From a bacterium (GTDB lineage Bacteria; SAR324; XYD2-FULL-50-16; G965216635), in NCBI GenBank assembly GCA_965216635.1, contig OZ244188.1:2304001-2368000 (forward strand): a stretch of 64,000 nucleotides of DNA, written 5' to 3'. A program made the position numbers and the translations under genes. Below the pieces are notes generated by a model. That model was not told the origin of the DNA. It did not search any database and saw only the letters and a list, made by a program, of their open reading frames with translations. Within the stretch, counting starts at the first letter, position 1. The number at the start of each line of letters is the position of its first letter. This document shows, in pieces, positions 40,422-50,778 of this stretch.

Positions 40422-40612
40422 TAGACCTTTGAATTTGCCAAATAGGACAAAACCAGCTGTGACGGCTAGCCAAATGGTTAGAACAGGTGCGAAAAAAAAA
40501 AATGAAAAAGTGCCAAAAGGCACTTTTTCTATAGCGCATAAATAGTTTCAAGCAATAAGCTTGTTTTGGCTAAACAGTTAGTTTTGTCCTATTTGGCAAA
40601 TTCAAAAGTCTA
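40422..40612. repeat. MITE-like element
   Basis: About 30-bp near-perfect terminal inverted repeats. Confidence 0.88.
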
Positions 40613-40720
40613 GAATGAGGCTTTTGGGATGGGACGATGTTTATGGTTTGACTACAAAAAATTTTTGTTTAGTGGTCTACTTTAAATATAGTGCTACCGC
40701 AAAAGTCTATATATTTTTTT

Positions 40721-41095
40721 ATGGTTATAGAACGGGTATCCGTTACAGATAAAGCCAAAACAGTTATAGAGCAACTACGGCAAAAACACGGAGATTTGAT
40801 GTTTCATCAAAGTGGAGGTTGTTGCGACGGTTCTTCCCCTATGTGTTTTGCTAAAGGTGAATTTTTACTTGGTTCTAGAGATTTGTATTTGGGTGAAATT
40901 CACGGGTGTAAATTTTATATGGCATCCGATCAATTCAAATACTATGAAAGTATGCACATATTGGTTGATGTGACGGAAGGCAGAGGCGCAAGTTTTTCAT
41001 TAGAAATTCCACTTGGTTTGCGATTTATGGCTATTTCACGAGTATTGACAGAGGATGAATTAAAAGAAGTTAAACCAGTAGAATTTGTGCAATGA
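40721..41095 (+). CDS. DUF779 family protein (usual AldB neighbour)
   Basis: MFHQSGGCCDGSSPMC, GRGASFSLE; ATG 40721 preferred over GTG 40691. Confidence 0.92.
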   Translation: MVIERVSVTDKAKTVIEQLRQKHGDLMFHQSGGCCDGSSPMCFAKGEFLLGSRDLYLGEIHGCKFYMASDQFKYYESMHILVDVTEGRGASFSLEIPLGLRFMAISRVLTEDELKEVKPVEFVQ

Positions 41096-41164
41096 TCTTT
41101 TTGCATGAGTAATACGCACTGCCCTAAAATTTTTTTATTCTTTAACCTAATTTAAAATTAAATC

Positions 41165-42505
41165 ATGATAGAAAAAAAGAGAAATAAAGATTTGATTGGA
41201 AAAAGTTTTATTTTCCAACCAGAAGTAATGGATGATATTCATATTAAAGCAGAACTTGGACGTTACCGAATGCGAGGTTTTTCTATTTTTAAGAAAATTC
41301 CATCTTGGGATGATTTAACCTTTATGCCGGGCACTCTAACTCGGTTTGTGATTGAAGGCTACCGAGAAAAGTGCCTTACAAAAACAGTTATAGGACCCAA
41401 CGCTAAGGTTCCATTAGAACTAGACATACCTATCTATGTGACAGGCATGAGTTTTGGAGCTTTGAGCTATGAAGCAAAGATAGCTCTTGCTAGAGGAGCT
41501 ACCATGGCTGGAACAGCTACCTGTTCTGGAGAAGGAGGAATGATACCCGATGAAAGAAGGTATTCTTCAAAGTGGTTTTACCAGTGTATTCAATCCCGCT
41601 ATGGATTCAACCCACACCATTTAAGATTAGCTGATGCTGTAGAAATATTTATCGGACAAGGTTGTAAAGTAGGTTTGGGCGGACACCTAATGGGACAAAA
41701 AGTAACCGATCAAATAGCTGAGATGCGTTCTTTACCAGCTGGTATTGACCAAAGATCTCCAGCGAGACACCCTGATTGGTTAGGTCCCGATGATTTGTCT
41801 ATCAAAATCAATGAGCTAAGGGAAGCTACCGACGGACAAATTCCTATTCAATTAAAACTAGGTTCTGCTAGAGTCTACGACGATGTGAGAATGGCTGCCA
41901 AAACAGGTCCCGATTCTATCTACATTGATGGTATGGAAGGGGGTACTGGGGCAGGTCCTCATTTGGCTACAGAAGAAACAGGAGTCCCTGGGATTGCTGC
42001 GATTAGGCAAGCTAGAAAAGCAATGGACGATGTCGGACAAACTGGAAAAATTTCTTTAGTCTATGCTGGAGGTATTAGAAACGGAGGTGATGTTGCTAAG
42101 GCGCTTGCACTAGGAGCCGATGCAGTAGCTATAGGGCACTCTGTTTTGATTGCTCTTAACTGCAACAAAGATATACCCGAAGCTGATTTTGACAACGAAA
42201 TGGGAGTATCCGCTGGAGAATGTTACCATTGCCATACTGGAAGATGTCCAGTAGGAATTGCCACTCAAGATAAGGAATTAAGAAAACGTTTGGATCCTGA
42301 TGAAGGAGCGGAAAGAGTCTATAACTTTTTGCATACTTTAGCTATTGAAGCTCAGCTTTTAGCTAGAGCTTGCGGAAAAACCAATGTGCATTCTTTGGAA
42401 CCTGAAGATTTATCTGCTTTAACTTATGAAGCTTCTGCTATGGCACAAGTGCCATTGGCTGGAACACAGCACACTGTGGGACGTCCAGATCTGACTCGCT
42501 ACTAA
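41165..42505 (+). CDS. FMN-binding glutamate synthase family protein, N-methylglutamate synthase subunit C-like
   Basis: GMSFGALS, SGEGG, DGMEGGTGA, CYHCHTGRCPVG. Confidence 0.9.
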   Translation: MIEKKRNKDLIGKSFIFQPEVMDDIHIKAELGRYRMRGFSIFKKIPSWDDLTFMPGTLTRFVIEGYREKCLTKTVIGPNAKVPLELDIPIYVTGMSFGALSYEAKIALARGATMAGTATCSGEGGMIPDERRYSSKWFYQCIQSRYGFNPHHLRLADAVEIFIGQGCKVGLGGHLMGQKVTDQIAEMRSLPAGIDQRSPARHPDWLGPDDLSIKINELREATDGQIPIQLKLGSARVYDDVRMAAKTGPDSIYIDGMEGGTGAGPHLATEETGVPGIAAIRQARKAMDDVGQTGKISLVYAGGIRNGGDVAKALALGADAVAIGHSVLIALNCNKDIPEADFDNEMGVSAGECYHCHTGRCPVGIATQDKELRKRLDPDEGAERVYNFLHTLAIEAQLLARACGKTNVHSLEPEDLSALTYEASAMAQVPLAGTQHTVGRPDLTRY

Positions 42506-42563
42506 TTGCGTCAATCTGCTTTGTCTATGCTGCGTTAAAAAAAAATTAAAGTAAAAAATTACA

Positions 42564-43028
42564 ATGGAAGAAAAATTAACAAAAAAATTGTACGGCAGGA
42601 CAAATGCTATACTACAAGGTTGTACTAAAAAAGTAGGTTTAATCACCAATTTACAGCTACAGAAATTGTTATATTTAAGCTATGGGGAGTATTTTTTAAT
42701 AGAAAGAGACGAACTTCCTTACTTGCAATTTGAAGCTTGGAAAATGGGACCTGTTATTCGGGAAATTTATGATAGGTGCAAAAGTTATGGATATAAACCC
42801 ATTGAAAGTTTGGTGAGCTATGATGGCAATTTTTATATTTCTCAGGATGCTAAATCTGTTGATATAGCCATTGCAAAATATGCAAAACTTTCTATACATC
42901 AGTTAATAGAAGAGACGCATGGTTTTGCTTGGTTTGAAGCATACAGTAAAAACGAAAGTAATATTATTGATCACGAGAGTATTAAAAGTGAATTTGAACA
43001 AAAAGAACAATGGAAGATAGCTCAATAA
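42564..43028 (+). CDS. Panacea (DUF4065/SocA/GepA) domain antitoxin-like protein
   Basis: ITNLQLQKLLYL, FEAWKMGPVIREIY, LIEETH..AW. Confidence 0.88.
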   Translation: MEEKLTKKLYGRTNAILQGCTKKVGLITNLQLQKLLYLSYGEYFLIERDELPYLQFEAWKMGPVIREIYDRCKSYGYKPIESLVSYDGNFYISQDAKSVDIAIAKYAKLSIHQLIEETHGFAWFEAYSKNESNIIDHESIKSEFEQKEQWKIAQ

Positions 43029-43264
43029 GTACAAAAAATAAAGGTAGTTTACACGAGCAAAAAAAACAACTTATAAGACTATGGTTTTTGATATACGTTT
43101 TTGGATGTTCTTCTTTTGCTCTCCTAGTAGGGTATGTTTTTTCGTTTTTAAATATTGGTGATATACAAGAAATTAGTAACGGATTGATGTTTGTTGGGTT
43201 TATATGCACAACAACTTTGGGAGCAATTATAGGTTCTGCCGTAGACTCTTCTATAACGGATTAA
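43010..43264 (+). CDS. Small two-TM membrane protein overlapping the Panacea gene
   Basis: Two hydrophobic helices; 19-bp overlap. Confidence 0.6.
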   Translation: MEDSSISTKNKGSLHEQKKQLIRLWFLIYVFGCSSFALLVGYVFSFLNIGDIQEISNGLMFVGFICTTTLGAIIGSAVDSSITD

Positions 43265-43308
43265 AGAAAGTTTTTATTTTTAATAAACAAATAAATAATC
43301 AAAAAAAA

Positions 43309-43698
43309 ATGAGCGAAAAAAATGTAGACTATTACCTCAAATCCGATGGGGTAGATACTGATAGAGAAAAGATTATCGGACAACACATAGGCTATCGCTA
43401 CGATGTCAATCTTGTTCCAGACTATAATCGTCTAACCGATTTTCTAAAAAAATACATAGAAGTTATGGGATGGCAAGACTTAAATTGGTTAGAAGATGTC
43501 CACATGGGTTATGAAGAAGGAACGCCTGCTGTTTTTGATAGAAATATCAACGGTTGGGTAACTGTTCCAAAAGATCTCAAACTTCCAGACAATCAGCAAG
43601 ATAGGGATATGGTAGCAAGAGAATTGTTGATAAAATTCCAAATGTCTGGAAGGCATCCTTTGAATGATTTGCGGAAAGAATATCTTAAATTTGAATAA
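43309..43698 (+). CDS. Hypothetical protein within the methylamine cluster
   Basis: Protein-like composition from ATG 43309; ORF extends upstream to 43204. Confidence 0.75.
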   Translation: MSEKNVDYYLKSDGVDTDREKIIGQHIGYRYDVNLVPDYNRLTDFLKKYIEVMGWQDLNWLEDVHMGYEEGTPAVFDRNINGWVTVPKDLKLPDNQQDRDMVARELLIKFQMSGRHPLNDLRKEYLKFE

Positions 43699-43793
43699 CA
43701 TTTCCCCTCAATAAAGTTTCAAGATAAATAGAGATTTTTGAATTAAGCATTATATTGTTTCATTCAAGAGTCTCGTATAATAATAAAATTTAA

Positions 43794-43975
43794 TAGACCT
43801 TTGAATTTCGCTGATGCTTATCCCACTATTGGGGCTAGCCAAATGGTTAGAACAGGTGCGAAAATTTTTTTTAGCTCGCTGGAATACTGAAGAGCATTTC
43901 TTCACAAATAGCAAGAGTTAAAAATTTTTTTCAACGCTGCATAGGCTAAACTAGATAAGCAAATTCAAAAGTCTA
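43794..43975. repeat. MITE-like element
   Basis: TAGACCTTTGAATT...AATTCAAAAGTCTA. Confidence 0.88.
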
Positions 43976-43992
43976 TTTAATAGAATCGTTTT

Positions 43993-44271
43993 ATGAGTTT
44001 TTTACTAGACTGTCCCAGTATAGGCAAACGACCAACAACGGAGTTTGCCTATGGAGGAGAATACATTCCACGCCCTAAAGCAAATAGTTCTTTTGATAAA
44101 TGGGTGGACTATGTTTTTTTTAAAAAAAATCCCAAAGGTAAGATATTGGAGTGGTGGTATCACAGAGCATCTGAGCAGTGGTTTTTGGTTTTCAGGGATA
44201 CCAATAACAATACAGATCATATTAGTTTTAGTTATGAAGATAGAAATAAATTCACCAAATTTTTTAAATAA
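43993..44271 (+). CDS. Sarcosine oxidase delta-like subunit
   Basis: LDCP.IGKRP..EFAYGG, EWWYH, FLVFRDT. Confidence 0.88.
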   Translation: MSFLLDCPSIGKRPTTEFAYGGEYIPRPKANSSFDKWVDYVFFKKNPKGKILEWWYHRASEQWFLVFRDTNNNTDHISFSYEDRNKFTKFFK

Positions 44272-47172
44272 ATGAAAAGAATTAAAAATCACCCCTTGTT
44301 TGATATTCCAAAAAGTAACAAAGAAATTTCTTTTAGCTACAATGGAAAAACTTTGAAAGGTAAAACGAGCGATACAGTAGTTTCTGCTCTGTGTGCGAAT
44401 GGTATTAAAATTTTCACACGAAGTTTTAAGTACCATAGACCAAGAGGTTTTTATGATTACTACGGATTTGGAGCCGAAACATTATTGACAATTAACGGCA
44501 AGCCAAATATTTTAGCAGGTTCTACTATACTAGAAGAAGGTATGATTTTAAAAACACAAAACGCATGGCCCTCTACTAATTTTGATATAATGTCGGTCAA
44601 CCGTGTTATGATACCCATGTTACCTACGGGATTTTATTACAAAATGTTCCATAAACCAAAAGTAGCATGGCCCATTTTTGAAAAAATTATTAGAAAAGCT
44701 GCAGGACTCGGAAAAATTAATTTAAAAGATAACCACGAAAAACAGTATTGTGAAAAAAAATATTTTTTTGCAGATGTTTGTGTGATAGGAGCAGGTATCG
44801 CAGGTATAGCGGCTGCACAAGCAGCTTTAGTATTGGGTAAAAAAGTTCTACTATTAGAAAAAGACGCTCAACTTGGAGGTAGAACTGTTCATAAAGGGAA
44901 CACTGTTAAAAACTGTTCTAATAAGGATCTCAATGGAAAAAAAGAATGGCAAGCTTTTCACACAATACTCAAAAAAATTATCAAACATCCCAATTTAGAA
45001 TATTTCACAGGCACTACTGTTTTTGGAATTTATGAAGATAATTTGGTAGCGGCAAAGAAAGCAAACAGCTATTCTGGAGAAGACCTACTCAAAATTAGAT
45101 CCGCTGCAGTAGTTGTAGCAACTGGTGCATCCGACAGACACACCGTTTTTCATAACAATGATATGGTAGGTGTTGTGCAAGCCTCTGCGATTGAAAGAAT
45201 GATTGCATTGCACGGAGTCACACTCGGGGAAAAGGCTGTGGTGTTCACTTGTCATAATGGAGGTTATCATACAGCTATAGCCTTAGAAGAAGCAGGCACT
45301 AAAGTGGTTGCAGTAGTGGATGCGCGAGAGAAAGTAAGAGACAACGAGTTTATCTCCCAAGTGAGAGCGAAAAACATTAAAATTATAACTAACCAAACCA
45401 TTCATTCTGCTAGTGGAAAAAAATCTATCTCTAAAGTTTTTTATTCAGGATTGAGTGGAGGCAAACCCTCTGGAAGTTTTGACTGCGACTTAGCCGTGTT
45501 GGCACTTGGTTATAAATCCAATATGCAGCTTTTAGCTATGGGAAGGAAGAAACCTAAATGGGATTCAAAAAGAGGAATATTTAGAACCACGGATCTTGCC
45601 AATAGCGTATATGCAGCAGGGGATGTCAACGGATATGCTAGTTTTTCTACAATTTATGAAGAAGGAAAAAAGGTAGGAACAGCGGCTGCTAAAATGCAAC
45701 CCAATCCAGTTTCACAACGTTTTAGTGAAGAAATAGTTTTTCTTATGCCACCGGCTATTGAAAGTAGTGGTAAATTTCAATTTGTAGATAAATGTATGGA
45801 TGTCACACGAAAAGAAATTTATAAGTCAGTCCAAGAAGGCTACAACCAAACCGAGCTTTTGAAAAGATATACCAGTATGGGTATGGGACCAGGTCAAGGA
45901 AAATCCAGCTACGAGGCTATAGCTAGAATAGGAGCTATAGAATGCGGAGTAGAATTTAAAGAAGCAACACCTACTACTGTAAGACCTCCTTTTACACCCA
46001 CTAGCTTTTCAGTTTTGGCAGGAAGATCTCATCATCTAGTTCCAGTGCGAAGAACAGCAATGCACCACTGGCACGAGAAAAACGAGGCAAAATTTTTAAT
46101 TGCAGGACAATGGAAAAGACCCGAGTATTACCAATCTCCTGAAAAAGAGGCTCTTCAAGTTCGTCAGAAGTTAGGAATCATTGATGTTAGCACTTTGGGA
46201 AAAATAGAACTTAGTGGGCCTGATGTTATAAAATTTGTAGAATTTTTTATGCCATCTAAATACGCCAAGTTAAAAATTGGCAAAAGCCGTTATTCCATTA
46301 TGGTTGCTGAAAGCGGAATTTTATACGACGACGGCACTATTTCTAAAATGGACGAAGAAAATTACTATATCAGCACAACGACTGGCAACCAAGATACCAT
46401 CGTTTCTCAATTTTGGCTCTGGATAGATACCGAAGGTTACCGAGTTCATGTAAAAAATAAAAGCTCTGTTCTTTCTGCTGTCAATGTTACAGGAGCTAGT
46501 TCAAGAGAATTTTTAGAAGATAAAATTGATATAAACATTTCTAATGAAACCCTACCCTATATGGGATGCGCTAAAGCAAAAATCTGCGGTATTCCCTGTT
46601 ATATTTTCCGCATTGGTTTCACTGGAGAGCTCGGCTATGAAATACACTACCCCTCTGAATACGGGTATTCTTTATGGGAGCATCTAATGGAAACGGGCAA
46701 AAAATATGATTTAGCTCCAGTAGGCATAGAAGCTCAAAGGATTTTAAGACTAGAAAAAGGACATCTTATACCGGGCACAGATACCGATGCCTTAACAAGT
46801 CCTTACGACGCTGGAGTCAATTTTGCTGTTAGAGAAGATAAGCCAGATTTTATAGGAAAATACTTTTTGAATGATTTTAAAACCAAAGATTTCAGCAAAA
46901 GAGAAAAATTGGTGAATTATAAACTAAAAAAGAATTCCTCTATCCCAGAAGATGGAGTTGCTGTTTTAGATAATGGTAAAATTGCTGGTAGAGTAACAAG
47001 TTCAAGATTTAGCCCTACAGTAGGACACGGAATTGGACTCGCTTGGGTGAAATCACCTTTAGCAAAAGTGGGAGGTAAATTTACTATTCGCACAGCTAAA
47101 GGTAAGGATGTGGAAGCAGAGATATTGGCGCATGGGATTTATGATCCTCAAGGTGCTAGAATGAAAAATTAG
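44272..47172 (+). CDS. Sarcosine oxidase alpha-like subunit
   Basis: RSFKYHRPRG, IGAGIAG, DVSTLGK, GFTGELGYEI (GcvT-like domain). Confidence 0.93.
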   Translation: MKRIKNHPLFDIPKSNKEISFSYNGKTLKGKTSDTVVSALCANGIKIFTRSFKYHRPRGFYDYYGFGAETLLTINGKPNILAGSTILEEGMILKTQNAWPSTNFDIMSVNRVMIPMLPTGFYYKMFHKPKVAWPIFEKIIRKAAGLGKINLKDNHEKQYCEKKYFFADVCVIGAGIAGIAAAQAALVLGKKVLLLEKDAQLGGRTVHKGNTVKNCSNKDLNGKKEWQAFHTILKKIIKHPNLEYFTGTTVFGIYEDNLVAAKKANSYSGEDLLKIRSAAVVVATGASDRHTVFHNNDMVGVVQASAIERMIALHGVTLGEKAVVFTCHNGGYHTAIALEEAGTKVVAVVDAREKVRDNEFISQVRAKNIKIITNQTIHSASGKKSISKVFYSGLSGGKPSGSFDCDLAVLALGYKSNMQLLAMGRKKPKWDSKRGIFRTTDLANSVYAAGDVNGYASFSTIYEEGKKVGTAAAKMQPNPVSQRFSEEIVFLMPPAIESSGKFQFVDKCMDVTRKEIYKSVQEGYNQTELLKRYTSMGMGPGQGKSSYEAIARIGAIECGVEFKEATPTTVRPPFTPTSFSVLAGRSHHLVPVRRTAMHHWHEKNEAKFLIAGQWKRPEYYQSPEKEALQVRQKLGIIDVSTLGKIELSGPDVIKFVEFFMPSKYAKLKIGKSRYSIMVAESGILYDDGTISKMDEENYYISTTTGNQDTIVSQFWLWIDTEGYRVHVKNKSSVLSAVNVTGASSREFLEDKIDINISNETLPYMGCAKAKICGIPCYIFRIGFTGELGYEIHYPSEYGYSLWEHLMETGKKYDLAPVGIEAQRILRLEKGHLIPGTDTDALTSPYDAGVNFAVREDKPDFIGKYFLNDFKTKDFSKREKLVNYKLKKNSSIPEDGVAVLDNGKIAGRVTSSRFSPTVGHGIGLAWVKSPLAKVGGKFTIRTAKGKDVEAEILAHGIYDPQGARMKN

Positions 47173-47274
47173 CGATTTTTTTTAGCTATGCGTCAGGTTG
47201 CCTATGATTTTAAAAAACACTAATTAAAAAAATTTCTATAAGGTGTAGAAATTTAAATTAATAAAAATAAGAAA

Positions 47275-47736
47275 ATGAAAAATCAGAAACTAAAAAAATT
47301 ACGCAAGTTTGGTTTAATATTTTTTTTCTCATCTTTAGCTTTTTTGATTATTGTTATAATACTTGTTTCTGTATCAGAAGATACAGAAACAAGTAAAGTT
47401 AAAAAATCTATAGAATCTACAGAGTTGAAAAAGTTAGAAACAGAATTTGACAAAAAGAGATTACAGGAGAGAGTAGAGAACCAAGAAAAAGTCCTTAAAT
47501 TATTTAAAAGTGACAAAGAACCAACAGCTATAGACGCTGTATGGACAGCTAAGAGTATTTTCAAGGTTGGTGTGCTTAATGATAGTTCAAACAGAGATGG
47601 ATATGCTAGTTATGTATGTTCAGTGCTTTATGAGTATGGATTTAAAGGACAAAATGTGTGGGTTCAAATTATTGATTATCACAAGCTTATTCAAAATGAT
47701 AAGTGGATAAAACTTGGTCAAAAAATGTGTAATTAA
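47275..47736 (+). CDS. Hypothetical membrane-anchored protein
   Basis: N-terminal TM helix, globular C-terminus. Confidence 0.7.
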   Translation: MKNQKLKKLRKFGLIFFFSSLAFLIIVIILVSVSEDTETSKVKKSIESTELKKLETEFDKKRLQERVENQEKVLKLFKSDKEPTAIDAVWTAKSIFKVGVLNDSSNRDGYASYVCSVLYEYGFKGQNVWVQIIDYHKLIQNDKWIKLGQKMCN

Positions 47737-48409
47737 AATGAAAACAAATTTAGCAAAAAATTCGCCTTTAATAGGCACTTACGATAAAAATCAAGTCCAG
47801 TTAAAAAACTACAAAGGCTGGATGTTACCTCAAGTTTTTAAATCTTTAAAAGAAGAAAAAACAAGCCTCAGTAAAGGGAGCGTTTTAGCGGACTGGTCTT
47901 GTATTGGAAAATTTCACTTGCGAGGAAAAACAGCAGCAAAATTTGCAGATTCATTTGTAGCTGGTGCGAGTAAAATAAAAATAGGCACAGCTTTAGTAAA
48001 AGAAAATTACTGTGCTTTAAGATTTTTAAAAGATAGATTTCTTATTTTATGTCCTCCAGAAAAAGAAGCTGCAACAGAAGAAAAATTGAAAAAAGCGCAA
48101 GCAAATTATTTGGCTCCCTATAATAATGTAACAGGTGCTTGGGGTTGTTTAGCTTTAGCGGGTGTAAAAAAATCATTGGTATTAGATAGGTCGGCAGCTA
48201 TGAATTTAACCGAAGAAAAATATCCAGTAGGATCTGTAATTCAAAGTTCAGTGCATACCATTACTACAACCATTTACCGCACTAAAAAAGCAGATATATT
48301 GATTTGCGATAGAGCCTACACTGAAGCTTTATTTGATGCCTTTATGGATGTTGGCAAGAGAGTGGGATTAGTACCTACTGGATTATCTGTTTTACCCATC
48401 TCATTTTAA
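47714..48409 (+). CDS. Sarcosine oxidase gamma-like subunit (start probably ATG 47738)
   Basis: GWMLP, ADWSCIGKFHLRG; position between alpha and beta subunits. Confidence 0.72.
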   Translation: MVKKCVIKMKTNLAKNSPLIGTYDKNQVQLKNYKGWMLPQVFKSLKEEKTSLSKGSVLADWSCIGKFHLRGKTAAKFADSFVAGASKIKIGTALVKENYCALRFLKDRFLILCPPEKEAATEEKLKKAQANYLAPYNNVTGAWGCLALAGVKKSLVLDRSAAMNLTEEKYPVGSVIQSSVHTITTTIYRTKKADILICDRAYTEALFDAFMDVGKRVGLVPTGLSVLPISF

Positions 48410-48553
48410 ATTAGTGTTTTCTTTAGTCTATGCAGCGTTAAAAATTTTTTTTGTCCCTTGAAATACTATTTGTATTCCTGCGAGACAAAAAAAATTTTTG
48501 CCTTGCCTAGACGTTACAAAACACTAATTCAATAAAGTTAAACTATTAAAATT

Positions 48554-49747
48554 ATGAAAGCAATACTCAAAAATCAAAAACTACAAAAAAGCTACGACGT
48601 AGTGATTATAGGAGGAGGCGCCCACGGCTTAGCCACAGCCTACTATCTATCCAAAATGGGCATTACCAATGTAGCAGTCCTAGAAGAAAAATTTATTGGC
48701 TATGGAGGCTCAGGCAGAAATACAGCTATTTTACGCTCCAACTACCGCACACCCGAAGGAATTCAGTTTTACGATGAAAGTCTCAAACTATTTGAAAATC
48801 TTTCTCAAGAGCTAAATTTTAATTTAATGTTTAGTCAACAAGGACATTTCACACTTGCCCACAGTACAGCATCCCTTGCTGTGATGAGAACCCGAGCAGA
48901 ATATTGCAAAGCATTAGGAATTAAAGCAGAAGTGATTTATCCTAAGCAAATTAAAAAAATGTTACCTGAAATTGATATTACAGAGCATCCCCGTTATCCC
49001 ATACTTGGAGCCTTGTATCATCCACCAGGGGGTATTATTCGGCACGACGCTGTAGTTTGGGCTTACGCTAAAGAGGCTCACAAGAACGGAGTAGAAATTC
49101 ACAATCAAACGAAAGTCCAAAAAGTCCTCATAAAAAATGGCAAAGTAGAAGGAGTAAAAACCAGTAGAGGCGATATTAAAGCAGGCACTGTTGTTTCTGT
49201 TGTAGCTGGTTGGAGTTCAGAAGTCTGTGCTATGGCGGGAGTCAAATTGCCCTTTGTCACCCATCCTTTACAAGCTCTAGTTACCGAATCCTACAAACCT
49301 TGGCTACACCATGTTGTAGTTAGCTCCAATCTACATTGCTATATGAGTCAAACCGATAGAGGCGAGCTAGTCTGCGGTGGAGGTATAGATCAGTATTCTC
49401 ATTATGGAATGAGTGCTACTTTAGGATTTTTAGAAACTATGGCATCTCATCTTTTAGAACTGTTTCCTTGTCTGCAAAATGTAAGAATTCAAAGACAATG
49501 GTGCGGACTTTGTGATATGACACCCGATTTTAGCCCCATTATTTCTCCCATAGACGAAATTAAAGGGTTTTATGTCAACGGAGGTTGGGGAACTTATGGT
49601 TTCAAAGGAACTGCTGCTAGCGGACTAAACACCGCTAAAATGATAGCCAACAAAAAAATACCCGAGAGAATAAAACCTTTCCACTACAATAGGTTCCAAA
49701 ACAACGCACTAGTCGGAGAAAAAGCCGCAGCCTCTGTTGCTTCTTAA
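48554..49747 (+). CDS. Sarcosine oxidase beta-like FAD subunit
   Basis: YDVVIIGGGAHGLATAYYL, GRNTAILRSNY, RHDAVVW, GWGTYGFK. Confidence 0.93.
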   Translation: MKAILKNQKLQKSYDVVIIGGGAHGLATAYYLSKMGITNVAVLEEKFIGYGGSGRNTAILRSNYRTPEGIQFYDESLKLFENLSQELNFNLMFSQQGHFTLAHSTASLAVMRTRAEYCKALGIKAEVIYPKQIKKMLPEIDITEHPRYPILGALYHPPGGIIRHDAVVWAYAKEAHKNGVEIHNQTKVQKVLIKNGKVEGVKTSRGDIKAGTVVSVVAGWSSEVCAMAGVKLPFVTHPLQALVTESYKPWLHHVVVSSNLHCYMSQTDRGELVCGGGIDQYSHYGMSATLGFLETMASHLLELFPCLQNVRIQRQWCGLCDMTPDFSPIISPIDEIKGFYVNGGWGTYGFKGTAASGLNTAKMIANKKIPERIKPFHYNRFQNNALVGEKAAASVAS

Positions 49748-49774
49748 GTAAGCTAGTTACTAAAAATAATAATA

Positions 49775-49914
49775 TAGACCTTTGAATTTCGCTGATGTGA
49801 CGGCTAGGCTAGGCAAAAATTTTTTTTAGCTCGTAGGAATACTGAAGTATTTCAAGAGTTAAAAAAATTTTTCAACGCTGCATAAGCTAAACAGAATGCA
49901 AATTCAAAAGTCTA
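49775..49914. repeat. MITE-like element
   Basis: Family termini, central AATACTGAAGTATT hairpin. Confidence 0.88.
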
Positions 49915-49936
49915 TAATAATAACCAATTTTTTACT

Positions 49937-50584
49937 ATGGATAACATCTCACTTTTGGTTCACATTACGAGCGGTACTATTGCTCTCATTATAGCGATTT
50001 TAGCTATTATCTTAAGGAAAGGCACTACTTTTCATAGAAGACTAGGCAGAGCGTATTTTTGTGCGATGAGCCTAGTTTTTATTAGCGCACTACATTTATC
50101 CTTTATAGCGCTGCCGATAAACTGGTTCTTGTTTAGTATTGGAATTTTTAGCTATTATCTAGCTTTCACTGGTTTTAGAGCAGGAAGAGAAAGAAAAAAC
50201 TTACCCGCCATTATAGATAAGATAGCAGCTTGGATGATGTTTGCTACTGTTATTTTTATGATTCTATTGGCAATCAAATTTTTATTCAATCAAAACAATT
50301 TAGGCATTGTGCTTATTGTTTTCGGAGTGATAGGATTATTGCTGGCAACACAGGATATATTGCAATTTCGCAAAGGAAAAATTCAAGGTAAAGAAAGAAT
50401 TTTACGCCACCTTACTAGAATTTTAGCCAGTTTCATTGCGGTGGTCACAGCAGTTTTAGTGGTCAATGGTGCTAAACTCGGTATTCCCGATTTGGTGAAT
50501 TGGCTCGCTCCTAGCGTTGTTATTACTCCGCTCATTATTTATATGGCTCGCTCGTATAAAACATCAAAAAGCACTACTAAATAA
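49937..50584 (+). CDS. DUF2306-like multi-TM membrane protein
   Basis: HITSG, KGTTFHRRLGRAY, RHLTR...FIAVVTA. Confidence 0.8.
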   Translation: MDNISLLVHITSGTIALIIAILAIILRKGTTFHRRLGRAYFCAMSLVFISALHLSFIALPINWFLFSIGIFSYYLAFTGFRAGRERKNLPAIIDKIAAWMMFATVIFMILLAIKFLFNQNNLGIVLIVFGVIGLLLATQDILQFRKGKIQGKERILRHLTRILASFIAVVTAVLVVNGAKLGIPDLVNWLAPSVVITPLIIYMARSYKTSKSTTK

Positions 50585-50729
50585 TAGCCATCATCAAATA
50601 GGCATCGCGGAGATTTTCTTCTAGTTCAGCGAGTGTTTCCCCTTGCGTCATTATTTCTGGATGTTCTAGCAACTTTCCAAGCCAAAACTTTTCTGATTTC
50701 CAGTAAATCATTCTCATTTTTACTTTCAT
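50577..50729 (-). pseudogene. 3'-truncated copy of the HicB-like antitoxin gene
   Basis: About 145 bp nearly identical to 51705-51850; ends prematurely in MMAII*. Confidence 0.8.
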
Positions 50730-50778
50730 AATAACAAGAAAAAAGATTAATCATTAATCATTAATATTTTTTCTTGGG

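Noticed and set aside
40324..40551. 75-aa minus-strand ORF
   Set aside because: Reads through a repeat element and antisense to the aldehyde dehydrogenase end
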